Shown: positions 27,277 through 38,523 of the stretch, piece by piece
Layout: each line of letters starts with the position of its first letter
Position numbering within the stretch: the first letter of the stretch is position 1
Source: Spirochaetia bacterium
GTDB lineage: Bacteria > Spirochaetota > Spirochaetia > UBA9216
Direction: 5' to 3'
Length of the DNA: 64,000 bases
Assembly: GCA_963677925.2 (NCBI GenBank)
Contig: CAXXYH010000004.1
Span: 1,152,001-1,216,000 of the forward strand
Notes under the pieces: model-generated
What the model saw: only the letters and a program-made list of their open reading frames with translations
Database searches by the model: none
What the model was told of the DNA's origin: nothing
Position numbers and translations under genes: made by a program

Positions 27277-28638
27277 ATGAATATTGAAAAAATAATGCAC
27301 AATGACGCCAGAGAAATCTTTATGGCGGGGCTTGATGTTGTAGATCCGGAAAAGCTGATCCATGACAGAATGAAACTTGAAGACGGTATTCTGAAGATTA
27401 CTGCTGACGGCAGGGAACTGAGCATTAATCTTGATGATTATTCCAGACTGCTGCTGCTTGGTGTGGGGAAGGCTTCGGCAAGAATGGCTCTTGCAGCGGA
27501 GGCGGTGCTCGGATGCCGGATAAGCGGCGGGCTGATTGTTGTAAAATACGGTCATACTGAAGAACTGAAATATGTGAGGCTTATTGAGTCCGGTCATCCG
27601 GTTCCCGATGAGAACAGTATTCAGGCTGCTGATGAGATAATAAAGCTCTGCTCCGATGCTGATGAAAATACCCTCATAATCAATCTTATATCCGGCGGAG
27701 GTTCAGCCCTGCTGTGCAAACCGTATAAGGATGAGGAATTCGCACTCAGCCTTGCTGAAAAGCAGGAAGTCACAAAGCAGCTTCTTGCCTGCGGAGCCGA
27801 GATCCAGGAGATTAACTGCTTCAGAAAGCACCTGTCCGGGGTTAAGGGCGGAAGACTTGCCGCTCTTATGTATCCTGCAAGATCTGTTAATCTGATCCTC
27901 TCCGATGTTGTCGGTGATGACCTGAGTTCAATAGCATCCGGAATGACGGCTCCGGATAATACTGCATATGATGATGTTTTTGATCTCATAAAAAAATATG
28001 ATCTTGAAGACGATCTTCCGAAGTCGGTTATCCGTTTTCTGCTGTCCGGACAGGCCGGGAACACTCCGGATACTCCAAAAGCCGGAGATGAGGTTTTCAG
28101 CAAAACCGATAATGTGCTTGTGGGTTCGAATTATCTTGCACTTAAAGCCGCATATAATAAGGCGGAGGAGCTGGGATACAATACTACAATCCTCTCTTCG
28201 AGGATTACCGGTGAAGCCCGGGAGGCCGCAAAATTCTACTTCGGAATAGCCTCTGATCTCACTGCTCATGATAATATCAGCGGTCTGCCTGCCTGCATTA
28301 TTGCCGGAGGTGAAACAACCGTAATTCTCCACGGAACAGGTCTCGGAGGACGCAATCAGGAGATGGCCCTTGCTTTTATGACAGAACTGAAGCAGAAACC
28401 CGAGCTGTGGAACAGGATTGCCTTTCTCTCCGGAGCAACTGACGGAAATGACGGTCCTACTGATGCGGCAGGCGGTCTTGTCTGCAGTGATATCCTTCAT
28501 AATGCTGAGCAGGTTGATCTTCTTTCCTTTTTGAAAGACAACGACAGCTACCATGCACTTGAACTTACGAATTCACTGCTTAAAACCGGTCCTACAAATA
28601 CAAACGTCTGTGATATTCAGGTTATTCTAGTAATCTAA
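27277..28638 (+). CDS. Glycerate 2-kinase (MOFRL family)
   Basis: GHPVPD; ISGGGSAL; GGETTV; GGRNQE; TNTNVCD. Confidence 0.92.
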   Translation: MNIEKIMHNDAREIFMAGLDVVDPEKLIHDRMKLEDGILKITADGRELSINLDDYSRLLLLGVGKASARMALAAEAVLGCRISGGLIVVKYGHTEELKYVRLIESGHPVPDENSIQAADEIIKLCSDADENTLIINLISGGGSALLCKPYKDEEFALSLAEKQEVTKQLLACGAEIQEINCFRKHLSGVKGGRLAALMYPARSVNLILSDVVGDDLSSIASGMTAPDNTAYDDVFDLIKKYDLEDDLPKSVIRFLLSGQAGNTPDTPKAGDEVFSKTDNVLVGSNYLALKAAYNKAEELGYNTTILSSRITGEAREAAKFYFGIASDLTAHDNISGLPACIIAGGETTVILHGTGLGGRNQEMALAFMTELKQKPELWNRIAFLSGATDGNDGPTDAAGGLVCSDILHNAEQVDLLSFLKDNDSYHALELTNSLLKTGPTNTNVCDIQVILVI

Positions 28639-28785
28639 GTTACTCCTAATAAAATTAATCTTTAGCTTTACAGATATGATCTCCTGTTGTAAACTGTATA
28701 TATAAATCAATATATATCGATATAACATTATTAAAACACTAATATATGAGTGATTCTAATAAACTTATATCAGCAGGAGGCAGAA

Positions 28786-30480
28786 ATGTCAGGACCATAT
28801 GTAATAGTCGGCGGATCAGCTGCCGGCCCGAAGGCCGCTTCCAAGATCAGGAGAATGGACCCTGAAGCGGAAATAGTAATGATTCAGAAAGGAAATTTTC
28901 TTTCAATGGCATCATGCGGTTACCCGTATTTTGTCGGCGGAGTATTCGACGATCCGGGCCAGCTTATTGCAACGCCTACCGGAGTTCCCAGAGATCCGGG
29001 ATTTTTTATGAATGTGAAGAACATCAGGGCCATTACCGGAACCGAAGTTACCGATATTGACCGGAAGGCAAAAAAGCTCAGAATGATGAATGTTACCACC
29101 GGAGTTGAATCTACACAGGAGTATTCGAAACTTTTTCTTGCTACCGGAGCAAATCCGGTTGTTCCGCCTCTGCCCGGGAAGGAGCTTGAGGGGGTTACAA
29201 CACTTCAGAGCATGGAAGATGCAATGTATCTCAAAAAGCGTCTGAATGAAGGCAGCCTGAAAAAAGCTGTTATCGTCGGCGGCGGTTTGATCGGTATAGA
29301 AACATGTGAAGCCCTGGAACTTGCCGGAGTAGAGATAACTGTGGTTGAGATGATGGATCAGATTCTATCCTTCCTTGACTGGGAAATGGCAAAGCATGTT
29401 GAAAACCACATAAAAACAAAGGGCAGTGAGGTTATAACAGGAATCGGTGTTTCAGAGTTTCTTGGAGATGACGGAAAATTAACCGGTGTAAAACTGTCAA
29501 ACGGTGAGGAGCTTGAATGCGATCTTGCTGTTGTTTCAATCGGTGTACGGCCTAACTCTGCACTTGCTGCATCCGCCGGCCTTGAAGTAGGGCTTCGGGG
29601 CGGAATATCAGTTAATTCTTTCATGCAGACCTCTGATCCTGACATTTATGCCGGCGGCGACTGTGTTGAGGTGACAAACCTGGTTACGCATAACAAGTCG
29701 CACTGGCCGATGGGCGACGCGGCAAACCTTCAGGGCAGGGTGGCCGCCCAGAACATGGTGCTTGGAAACAATGCTGAATACAAGGGAATGATCGGTACCG
29801 GTATCTGCAAGGTTTTTGACTACACAGCCGGAAGCTCCGGCCTTTCTGTGAGTCAGGCGAAAAAACTCGGCTACTCAAACATCCTCACAGCCATTCAGGC
29901 TTCACCCGATAAGCCGGGATTCATGGGAGCGCTTCCTGTAATTATCAAGCTTGTTGCTGATAAGACAACCGGAAAGCTGCTTGGAATTCAGGCCGTGGGA
30001 ACCGGCGATGTTTCCAAGCGTATTTCAACGGGCGCCATGGCTATTCAGGCAGGGATGTGCGTGCATGATCTGGTCAATCTGGATCTTCCCTATGCACCGC
30101 CTTTCTCACCGGCAATCGATAACTTTATAGCGGCGGCCCATGTTCTTCAGAATAAATTTCTGGGCAGGATGACTGGCATCTCCGCCACAGAAGTTTATGA
30201 ACGCAGAAATGCAGGAGAAAAACTATACCTGCTCGACGTGAGAGGTCCCGATGAGTTTGAGCAGATGCGCCTGGGAATAGGCGAGACCCTTCTGCCGCTT
30301 GGAATGATCAGAAAGAAGGCTGATAGTCTCCCGAAAGATAAAAACCAGGAGATTATCCTCTACTGCAAGATTTCTCTGAGAGGTTATGAGGGAGCATGCA
30401 TACTTAAGGGGCTTGGATACACCAACGTAAAGGTTCTTGAAGGCGGTGTGATCGGATGGCCTTATCCGAGAGAAAAATAA
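28786..30480 (+). CDS. CoA-disulfide reductase-like FAD oxidoreductase with rhodanese domain
   Basis: GGSAAG; SMASCG; YAPPFS; C-terminal rhodanese (LDVR, YCKISLRG). Confidence 0.88.
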   Translation: MSGPYVIVGGSAAGPKAASKIRRMDPEAEIVMIQKGNFLSMASCGYPYFVGGVFDDPGQLIATPTGVPRDPGFFMNVKNIRAITGTEVTDIDRKAKKLRMMNVTTGVESTQEYSKLFLATGANPVVPPLPGKELEGVTTLQSMEDAMYLKKRLNEGSLKKAVIVGGGLIGIETCEALELAGVEITVVEMMDQILSFLDWEMAKHVENHIKTKGSEVITGIGVSEFLGDDGKLTGVKLSNGEELECDLAVVSIGVRPNSALAASAGLEVGLRGGISVNSFMQTSDPDIYAGGDCVEVTNLVTHNKSHWPMGDAANLQGRVAAQNMVLGNNAEYKGMIGTGICKVFDYTAGSSGLSVSQAKKLGYSNILTAIQASPDKPGFMGALPVIIKLVADKTTGKLLGIQAVGTGDVSKRISTGAMAIQAGMCVHDLVNLDLPYAPPFSPAIDNFIAAAHVLQNKFLGRMTGISATEVYERRNAGEKLYLLDVRGPDEFEQMRLGIGETLLPLGMIRKKADSLPKDKNQEIILYCKISLRGYEGACILKGLGYTNVKVLEGGVIGWPYPREK

Positions 30481-30502
30481 AAGCTGTTTTTGATTAAATG
30501 CA

Positions 30503-30536
30503 GGGCTGAGACGGTTTCTTCCTCTCAGCCTTTTTT
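30503..30536. terminator. Intrinsic terminator between convergent genes
   Basis: GGCTGAGA...TCTCAGCC followed by a T-tract. Confidence 0.7.
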
Positions 30537-31506
30537 AATCTGTTATGGAGTTTACACGTATCATCAGCTGCAGTTTTCCCGAGACTTTCATCTTCTTGTA
30601 TATGTTCTGCAGATGAGTTTTAACCGTGTTGACGGAAATGAACAGTTTATCAGCAATGTTCTTGTGATCCTCTCCCTGTATAACCAGGTTGAGTACATCT
30701 TTTTCCCTGTCTGAAATACCGAACTTTTCACATATATGATCAAGGCGGTCGCTGTTTTGTATTTCCGATGCTTCCTTTGTTCCGGGTTTAGCCCTGAAAT
30801 CAAGAAAACTGATAATTACAAGAGGCATTATGGCTAAGTAGGAAAAACGTACATAAGCCTGAGCACTGCTGTTGGCAAGGACAATAATGTCAACGAGCGA
30901 CAGTATCAGATATGGAGCCAGAATTATCAGGCCTTTAAGGTTTTCCTTTTTCTTTTCGGGATCCTTTGTAACAAGGAAGGTTATAAAAAGGGTAACAGCC
31001 TGTGACCCGGCAACAAGACATGCAAGCGGGAATATGAACCCGTCTGTTACAGCTCCGGCGTTGAGGAACAGCTGGTCGGAAGCCTGTCTTTTAATAATTA
31101 TCAGGAAAATAAGCAGAAGAACAAAGATTACAAGAATAAATAGAAGTACAAGCTTGTTTCGGCGTTTGACCTGAATAGGCAGGAAATGCACTGTAAGGTG
31201 GTTTATTCCGTAAAGCATTATTGCAATAAGAGCCAGTTTGAAGAACGCGAATACAAGACTCCAGTAAGTATCATCATTAAAAAGTTTGAGACTGCTGTCG
31301 GCAAAGACTATATTGGCAAGCTGAAGGTAGTTTCCCAACAGTATTCCTGCTATGTATACAATTGTTGCGCTGCTTACAATCATAGTCCAGAAAAGTCTGG
31401 GGTGCTGTTGTCTTCTCCATGAGTTGATGCTTGAAATAATCACTGCGAACAATGTGGAAAAGATCAGTACTAAGGCTATGTCATAAATCATTCTGGTCTG
31501 GATCAT
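30535..31506 (-). CDS. Membrane-bound LuxR-type regulator
   Basis: About 7 TM helices then SDREKDVL...IADKLFISVNTVKTHLQNIYKK. Confidence 0.88.
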   Translation of the reverse strand: MIQTRMIYDIALVLIFSTLFAVIISSINSWRRQQHPRLFWTMIVSSATIVYIAGILLGNYLQLANIVFADSSLKLFNDDTYWSLVFAFFKLALIAIMLYGINHLTVHFLPIQVKRRNKLVLLFILVIFVLLLIFLIIIKRQASDQLFLNAGAVTDGFIFPLACLVAGSQAVTLFITFLVTKDPEKKKENLKGLIILAPYLILSLVDIIVLANSSAQAYVRFSYLAIMPLVIISFLDFRAKPGTKEASEIQNSDRLDHICEKFGISDREKDVLNLVIQGEDHKNIADKLFISVNTVKTHLQNIYKKMKVSGKLQLMIRVNSITD

Positions 31507-31628
31507 GTACCCCCATTCTACAGTCTGAGTTATGCTTAGTCTACAATTGTATTGAAGAAATAATAGTGAATACAATATATAAAGTATGTTATTATTGAAT
31601 GCAGTCTATCAAAAAGGCGGATTTATAA

Positions 31629-32165
31629 ATGAATTTTCTTATCAAGCCTCTGGCGAAGCTTATTGCAGCTCTTAATTCAAACTCAAAACCTCAGTCTGTA
31701 GCCGCTGCGGTATCATTCGCGCTCCTTCTTGCAATGATGCCCGCATTTAACCTGACCTGGCTCTGCCTGTTTATTATCACAATGCTGTTCAGAATCAACT
31801 ATGGTCTGGAGTTTGCATTTCTAATACTGTTCAAGCTGATTATTCCCCTTGCAGATCCGCTTATTGAACCTGTCGGATGGAAGATAATGAATATTCCCGC
31901 TGTCTCGGCTCTTATATATGACTCGCTTGATATCCCGGTACTGATTCTTTTTGATTTTAATAATTCACTGCTTATCGGAGGCTTCGCCGCCGGTCTTGCG
32001 CTCTGGATTCCTGTGTTTGTTATCGTTCTGCTGCTTGCAAAGCTCTTCAGGGCAAAGATTGCTCCCGCTCTTGCAAAAAGCAGGCTGATGATTCTTATCA
32101 GGAAGGCTCCCTTCGTCAACCGCTTTGCCGGCGCCGTTAATCAGTACGGCGGAATGTTTCAGTAG
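31629..32165 (+). CDS. TIGR03546-like membrane protein
   Basis: ALNSNSKP; FNNSLLIGG; paired with the downstream long protein. Confidence 0.75.
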   Translation: MNFLIKPLAKLIAALNSNSKPQSVAAAVSFALLLAMMPAFNLTWLCLFIITMLFRINYGLEFAFLILFKLIIPLADPLIEPVGWKIMNIPAVSALIYDSLDIPVLILFDFNNSLLIGGFAAGLALWIPVFVIVLLLAKLFRAKIAPALAKSRLMILIRKAPFVNRFAGAVNQYGGMFQ

Positions 32166-32173
32166 GGGGCTGT

Positions 32174-34315
32174 ATGAAAAAGAAAACGGTTAAGCTTCCT
32201 TCAATCTTCAGAAAACCGGTCTCATTAAAAGCCTGGGAAAAAAAGTATCTGGGAAAGATATATCTTAAGGATGATCTGGAATTTTTAAAGCGGATTGCAG
32301 TTACCGAGGGCGATACCGTCCAGATAAATGCTGAACTGGTAGAAAAAAAAGATATTGCAAGGCTTAAGGATCTTGGAAAGGTAATCAAGGCAAACCGGAA
32401 GGCTGTCAGCTTTATTCTTCTGATAATAATTGTCCTGATAGCTGCAGCCGCAGCAGTATTTACCCTGTTTTTCAAAAATCCGCTTATCGAACGTTTTATT
32501 GAGAACAGTCTGGGCTCTGTATTTGAAACCGAGGCTGACATCAGCGGCGTTGATTTGAATATTCTCAACGGAGAATTCCGGGCAGACAGTCTGGTTATTG
32601 CAAATCCTGATAACACAATGATGAATCTGGCGGAGATCCGCGGAATAAGCGCCTCTGTCGATATTGCCGGGCTGCTGAAGGGGCGGGTTCTTATTACTGA
32701 AATGGGCTTCAGTGAGCTTCTGCGCAATACCCCGAGAGATAGCGCTGCAGTTATTCCGCAGTCTGACTCTGCACCTGCTGATTCCGCCGATGCTGATGGC
32801 TCATCTGGAGAAGGCGCCTTCTCCGAAGGCGGTGAAGGCATAGCGGGTTCAATAAAAGACGCCGGTTCTAATATCATCAGTAAAATGTCTGCAGGCTTTC
32901 AGGCTGTCAGCGGCGAAATTGATGCTGAGGCTATCCTTGATGAACAGCTTGATAAGCTGGCTTCAATACAGGCGGCCGGAACCGCAGCCGATGAGATTAA
33001 AAGCGATATTGAAAAATGGAAGGATTCGGCTGATGAGTGGGGTTCAAAGCTAGATGAATGGTCCCCGAAGGTTAAATATCTTACATCAATTAATAAAAAC
33101 AGCTTCAGTACTGCGGCCAAGGCTACGGAAAGCCTGAAAGAACTCAATACAATCTACAATAAGAGCGTATCCGATTATAAGGAAATTGAAACCCTGACTG
33201 CAGAAGCCGGCAGGCAGATTTCCGAGCTGAAAGAAATGTCGGACAGCCTTATTGCCAGTGTTCAGGATGACTACAGCTATGTAGAGTCCCTGATCCAGCT
33301 TCCGAAAGATCAGGGGCTGGACTGGATATCATCACTTATTGAAGACAGCCTGGGGCTTCCAATCAGTTCATATCTCGAGAAAATAAATACCGGCCTTGAA
33401 TACTACAGACGCTTCAAGGCTATAACCGACAGGGAAAGAGAAGAGAAACCACAGAGACGCAATCCGCGGAGGCTTGCAGATCCCGATGCTGATCAGCCTT
33501 TTTTCAGACTGGTAAGCGCATATGCCGCCGGGGTTGAGGATGATTTTTACTACAATGCCGTGCTCAGCAATATAAGCAGCGGTGACGGTAAAACGCAGGA
33601 AGTTCCGACACTTGAGCTGGGCTGGGAAATGCAGAACGGCGCTGAAACCCTAGTAAGGCTATCAACCGAGGATATGGCTTTTAGTACAGACCGGCTTGCC
33701 CTTTCTTCTCCGATTGATCTTACAGGAATCGGAATAAGCTCAATTTCGGGAAATGCAGCAGTTTTATCTTCAGCCGTCTATTCCGGAGGAAACTACTCCG
33801 GCAGCATAAGTCTTGATTCAGAGGATCTTGCTTTCAAACCGGTAGATGAGAACAATATAGCGTACAAACTCCTTCTTAGCAGTCTTGATAAGGTAAGACC
33901 CTTTGCAGTAGAGGGCGGCTTTTCATATTCCGAGGCCGGCGGCCTGGATTTGAGTCTGACGACAGGCATGGACGATGTCCTGGGTGATACTTTAAAGGAT
34001 CTGCTTGATGAAGGCGCCGGAGAAGCTGTGACACTTTTGCGTGAGGAACTGGATAAACGCCTGAAGGCGCCCCTTGCCGAGGTTGACAAGTACCGGGCGG
34101 AGATTGAGAGCTATGTTTCTCAGCTTGAAGATATTAAAAAGGATATCGGATCCTATCGGCAGCTTGCAGATACAAAGATTAAGGAAACCGAGGCTCAGAT
34201 AAAAAAGATTGCCGAGGAAAAGGCAAAGGCTGAGGCTCAAAAGCAGCTGGACGCAGCAAAAGACGCGGCAACTGATGCTGTTAAACAGGGTGTGGGTAAT
34301 CTGCTTAATTTTTAA
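32174..34315 (+). CDS. TIGR03545-like AsmA-related membrane-anchored protein
   Basis: TM helix, IANPDNTMMNL, coiled-coil regions; follows the TIGR03546-like gene. Confidence 0.65.
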   Translation: MKKKTVKLPSIFRKPVSLKAWEKKYLGKIYLKDDLEFLKRIAVTEGDTVQINAELVEKKDIARLKDLGKVIKANRKAVSFILLIIIVLIAAAAAVFTLFFKNPLIERFIENSLGSVFETEADISGVDLNILNGEFRADSLVIANPDNTMMNLAEIRGISASVDIAGLLKGRVLITEMGFSELLRNTPRDSAAVIPQSDSAPADSADADGSSGEGAFSEGGEGIAGSIKDAGSNIISKMSAGFQAVSGEIDAEAILDEQLDKLASIQAAGTAADEIKSDIEKWKDSADEWGSKLDEWSPKVKYLTSINKNSFSTAAKATESLKELNTIYNKSVSDYKEIETLTAEAGRQISELKEMSDSLIASVQDDYSYVESLIQLPKDQGLDWISSLIEDSLGLPISSYLEKINTGLEYYRRFKAITDREREEKPQRRNPRRLADPDADQPFFRLVSAYAAGVEDDFYYNAVLSNISSGDGKTQEVPTLELGWEMQNGAETLVRLSTEDMAFSTDRLALSSPIDLTGIGISSISGNAAVLSSAVYSGGNYSGSISLDSEDLAFKPVDENNIAYKLLLSSLDKVRPFAVEGGFSYSEAGGLDLSLTTGMDDVLGDTLKDLLDEGAGEAVTLLREELDKRLKAPLAEVDKYRAEIESYVSQLEDIKKDIGSYRQLADTKIKETEAQIKKIAEEKAKAEAQKQLDAAKDAATDAVKQGVGNLLNF

Positions 34316-34374
34316 CGTGAACAAATAAACCGTATGATGTATATTATAGCTCATATCCACCAGGAGGAAGTAAT

Positions 34375-35085
34375 TTGAGACTTAACAAAACAAAACTGCT
34401 CTGCCTGCTAGCAGGCCTGGCAATAATTTTTACAGCTGTATCCTGCAGCATGGACGATAACGGCGACACTGTTTTTTCCGGATATATTGCAAGATGGAAT
34501 TTTGACAGCAATATAGATGATGAAACCGGAAACTATGATCTTGCTGTTACTGAACCGGTCTCCGGAACCCCGGCTTATGATACTGTAAATTATAAAGAAG
34601 GTACTGCAAGCGGATTATTCGACGAAGGTACGACTCTTTCCTCGCCGGATATATCATTTGCCGGTAATGAGTTTTCTGTGGCTTTCTGGGCATATGTGGA
34701 TCCAGAGTATAACGAAGAAACTCCCGAGTTCATTAACTGGGCAGACTACGGATTTTTTGTTTATCCGGATCTTGAATTCGGATTTATCTGCTACGGTGTG
34801 AATGACGGAAATCATGAAGATTCCGAAATTATAAGCGCGCACTTCACCGAAGACACCTGGTATCACTTTGTTCTGACATATGACGGATATCATCTGATGC
34901 TTTACATCAACAATGAGAGGGAACTCATCTCAGGATGCAGCGCCGATATCCGTGATCTTGCAGGTCCTATTCTGTTCGGTTCTGGCGATGATGATTACTT
35001 TCTCAACGGCTGTATTGATGATGTAATCCTTTATGACCGGACACTGACAGCCGCTGAAGTCAACACGCTTTACAGCAGCTATTAA
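34375..35085 (+). CDS. LamG-like domain lipoprotein
   Basis: AVSC lipobox; WYHFVLTYDG; GCIDDVILYDRTL. Confidence 0.85.
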   Translation: MRLNKTKLLCLLAGLAIIFTAVSCSMDDNGDTVFSGYIARWNFDSNIDDETGNYDLAVTEPVSGTPAYDTVNYKEGTASGLFDEGTTLSSPDISFAGNEFSVAFWAYVDPEYNEETPEFINWADYGFFVYPDLEFGFICYGVNDGNHEDSEIISAHFTEDTWYHFVLTYDGYHLMLYINNERELISGCSADIRDLAGPILFGSGDDDYFLNGCIDDVILYDRTLTAAEVNTLYSSY

Positions 35086-35086
35086 C

Positions 35087-36136
35087 TCAATAAACTGCTG
35101 AGTAAATCTCGGTAATTAAATCTCCGTCCTGCTGCGGGAGCACTGCTCTTGTTGTCGAGTAGTCCTCGTAGGTATGGTCGGAGAAACTATCCTTCCAGAA
35201 ATAAGTATATTTAAGGTTTTCCCCGTCCGGAAAATCGCTTGTCCCGCTGTTCGGATGTCCGTAGATATATGCAATAGGATCATCCCAGGTAGTGTCGATT
35301 TCCTTCCATACGGTTCCGTTACAGACCCTTGTCCATGCATGATTTCCGCCGCTTATGTATTGGGCCGGAATCCCTCTGGCCCGAAGCAGTGCCATAAACA
35401 GGTTTGAATAGCCGTCACAGACTGCTGCCTTATAGTCAAGAACAGTCAGGGCGTCCTGCAGCCGGCGTATTGAATTGTCTGTGGAAGCAGAATCGTATTT
35501 AAGTGAGAGAACTATATAATCATGAATCTCTTTTATCAGTTCATCAGCTGTTTCTCCGCTGAAGCTTTCGGCTATGGAAAGTATTTCGGATTCATCAGAC
35601 TGAACCTCCGGGGAGGGGTAGATGAAAGTTCCGTCCTCGCTGTTTGTGTTTGTGACAGTAAAGGATGCTGCAGCTGTCCCTGAATATGTAAAGCTGTATA
35701 TTACACCGAAGGAGCTCATGGAATAAATATCCACTATTTTATAGATCGATACGTTATACTGACCTTCACCCTGCCTTAGCCATATTCTTAATGTGCGGCT
35801 GCCTTCAGTCAGATAATAATTGATAGTGTCGGAACCCTTGGTTATTCTGAGCAAAAAGTATGGAGGAAGCATTCCGTCGTCGGTAAACACATAGGGCAGA
35901 TCAAAATAGGCATCGGCTTCAAAGTTGTCAGTATAACTGCAGTCGAGATCAAGTCTTGAGTCGCTGGAAACCACCGGTATTGATGATATATTTCTGCCGG
36001 GTCCGCTGTATGCTGCCGGAGTAAAGAGTTCGGTAATTTTCGGATAATCAGTTGAAAGTTCCGGAGCGGGGTTCGGATCGCAGGCGAGCGAGATCAGTAT
36101 CCATGCTGTAAGGATTAAAATAAGGCAATGTTTCAT
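35087..36136 (-). CDS. Transglutaminase-like lipoprotein
   Basis: SLAC lipobox; AVCDGYS, HAW and IDTTWD catalytic triad. Confidence 0.85.
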   Translation of the reverse strand: MKHCLILILTAWILISLACDPNPAPELSTDYPKITELFTPAAYSGPGRNISSIPVVSSDSRLDLDCSYTDNFEADAYFDLPYVFTDDGMLPPYFLLRITKGSDTINYYLTEGSRTLRIWLRQGEGQYNVSIYKIVDIYSMSSFGVIYSFTYSGTAAASFTVTNTNSEDGTFIYPSPEVQSDESEILSIAESFSGETADELIKEIHDYIVLSLKYDSASTDNSIRRLQDALTVLDYKAAVCDGYSNLFMALLRARGIPAQYISGGNHAWTRVCNGTVWKEIDTTWDDPIAYIYGHPNSGTSDFPDGENLKYTYFWKDSFSDHTYEDYSTTRAVLPQQDGDLITEIYSAVY

Positions 36137-36226
36137 TTTTTCGGCTCCATGCTTTTATGTAATTATATCATGCTATACTCCAGAAATAAAAAGTTTAGTA
36201 TAATTACCTGATTGCGAGGGGTGGGA

Positions 36227-37207
36227 ATGAATGTATCTAACTATCTGGATGATCTGGATCGCTTTTTAAATTTGGAAGATTTTCAGCAATTTCAGGATGA
36301 CATTTCAAAATTAACAGGATTCGCGATAATTACCTCGGATTATACAGGTAAACCTGTTACAAGACATAGTAACTGTACCGAGTTCTGTACCATGATTAGA
36401 AGAAACGCCTCTTTCAGTAAACTTTGTGAAAAATGTGATGCCCGTGGCGGATTGGAAGCCGCCAGATTAAAAAAACCTTATATCTATTTATGCCATATGG
36501 GCATTATAGATCTCGCGGTTCCCATTGTGGTCAATAATCATTATCTGGGAGCTATTATGGCAGGACAGGTTTTTCTTGATGATATACAAAGCTCCAAAGG
36601 GCTGGAAAAAATGCTTTTTGAAGAGAGCAGGCTGAAGATTCTGGAATATAATGATGAACTTAGAAATGCTTATTACAAGCTTCCCAGATATTCCCTCGAG
36701 TTTATTGTTGACCTTTCGTATACAATTCTGGGGTTTATTGAATATAAAATTAAAACATTTCAGAAGATCTCTGAATATTTTAATTCCCGGATGACTGATA
36801 ATACAATAAATCAGCAGAACGATGATAAAAAAGTTGATTCAAGGAGAATACATAAGCTCCCCGGCGATGTTGATGAAAGTCTCTCTCCTGCTGTTAAATA
36901 CATAAAGGAAAATATCAGAGGAAAAATTGAGATAGAAAAGCTTGCAGAATTATGCAACTACAGTACAGGTTATTTCAGCAGGCAGTTTCGGAAAAAACTG
37001 AACTGCACTGTTCCTCAATATGTTAACCTTGTAAAGATTGAAGAAGCCTGCAGTCTGCTGGAGGTAACAGATATGCAGATAAATGAAATCGCGTACCATC
37101 TGGGCTATGAAGAATGCGGATACTTCAATAAAATCTTTAAGAATTTGAAGGGAATAACTCCCAAAAAATACCGTGAGGACTTTCGCGCAACGATCATGGA
37201 TATTTAA
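36227..37207 (+). CDS. PocR-domain AraC family regulator
   Basis: FCTMIR...CEKCD...YLCHMG PocR sensor; C-terminal AraC HTH. Confidence 0.9.
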   Translation: MNVSNYLDDLDRFLNLEDFQQFQDDISKLTGFAIITSDYTGKPVTRHSNCTEFCTMIRRNASFSKLCEKCDARGGLEAARLKKPYIYLCHMGIIDLAVPIVVNNHYLGAIMAGQVFLDDIQSSKGLEKMLFEESRLKILEYNDELRNAYYKLPRYSLEFIVDLSYTILGFIEYKIKTFQKISEYFNSRMTDNTINQQNDDKKVDSRRIHKLPGDVDESLSPAVKYIKENIRGKIEIEKLAELCNYSTGYFSRQFRKKLNCTVPQYVNLVKIEEACSLLEVTDMQINEIAYHLGYEECGYFNKIFKNLKGITPKKYREDFRATIMDI

Positions 37208-37377
37208 ACCAGCATAATAATTTCATATCCTGAATTGATGTCATAAAATTACTATTAATAATTTACATTAAACGGTTTTTTCCAATAATGACAATTGCAA
37301 ATTTCCAGCCATATAATATTCCAGAATTATTAAGCGCTTAATAAATTTACACAAATGGTTTTATCTGGAGGAAAATA

Positions 37378-38520
37378 ATGAGAAAAGCATTTATATGCCC
37401 ATCTAAATATATTCAGGGTGAAAACGAGCTGTTGAATCTTGGCTACTTTGTCAAGGAACATGGAAAATCCGCCCTGCTCATCGCACACAGGGAAGATGTG
37501 GAAAGAGTAAAGGATAAACTTGAAGCAACAGCTGAGAAATATGATATTGAGCTTGTACAAAGTGATTTTAAGGGCGAGTGTTCCAGGAGTGAAATAAAAA
37601 GACTTGAAACACTGGCTAAAGAAAAAAACTGCAGCTGTACTATAGGGCTGGGAGGCGGAAAAGCAATTGATACAGCAAAATGTGTTGCCAAAGGCGATGC
37701 CCTGATTATTGTTCCTACAATTGCCGCAACAGATGCCCCAACCAGCCATTCTGCAGTGATATATACAGAAGACGGTGCCTTTGAAGATTATGCATACTTC
37801 AAACAGAATCCCGGAGTTGTTTTAATTGATACAACAATTATAGCCAATGCTCCTGCAAGATTTCTTGTCTCAGGAATGGGAGATGCACTCTCAACCTATT
37901 TTGAAGCAAGGGCTACACTTCGTTCAAATTCTAATGTAAATGCAGGATTGCCCTGCGGAGCCCGGCAAGACAGCCGCCTGGGTGCCAAGGGAACAAAGGC
38001 GGCATTTGCCCTTGCCTCGCTGTGTTATCAGACCCTGCTTGAAGATGGCCTGAAAGCAAAAAAAGCCTGTGATAGTAATGTGGTGACATCGGCTCTGGAA
38101 AATGTTGTTGAGGCAAATATTCTTCTTTCCGGTCTTGGTTTTGAGAGCGGGGGGCTGGCCGGAGCTCATGCAATACATGACGGTCTAACAATAATCGAAG
38201 AAACACACAGGTATTACCATGGTGAAAAGGTAGCCTTCGGGACTATCGCGCAATTAATTCTTGAAAATGCTCCGACTGAAGAAATTGAAGATGTTCTTGA
38301 ATTCTGTCTCTCTGTTGGTCTTCCGGTCTGTCTGGCAGATCTGGGTGTGAATAAGATTTCCGGGGAAACACTGGCAGCGGTTTCGGAAAAAGCATGTATT
38401 TCTGAGGAATCTGTGCATTCCATGCCTTTTACTGTTAGTTCTGAAATGGTTGCAGGAGCAATTATCACTGCGGACAGCATCGGCTCCGATTTTAAAAGAA
38501 AAAACAGCCTTCAGGAGTAA
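37378..38520 (+). CDS. gldA: Glycerol dehydrogenase
   Basis: PSKYIQG; GGGKAIDTAK; GLAGAHAIHDG; HGEKVAFG. Confidence 0.93.
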   Translation: MRKAFICPSKYIQGENELLNLGYFVKEHGKSALLIAHREDVERVKDKLEATAEKYDIELVQSDFKGECSRSEIKRLETLAKEKNCSCTIGLGGGKAIDTAKCVAKGDALIIVPTIAATDAPTSHSAVIYTEDGAFEDYAYFKQNPGVVLIDTTIIANAPARFLVSGMGDALSTYFEARATLRSNSNVNAGLPCGARQDSRLGAKGTKAAFALASLCYQTLLEDGLKAKKACDSNVVTSALENVVEANILLSGLGFESGGLAGAHAIHDGLTIIEETHRYYHGEKVAFGTIAQLILENAPTEEIEDVLEFCLSVGLPVCLADLGVNKISGETLAAVSEKACISEESVHSMPFTVSSEMVAGAIITADSIGSDFKRKNSLQE

Positions 38521-38523
38521 AAA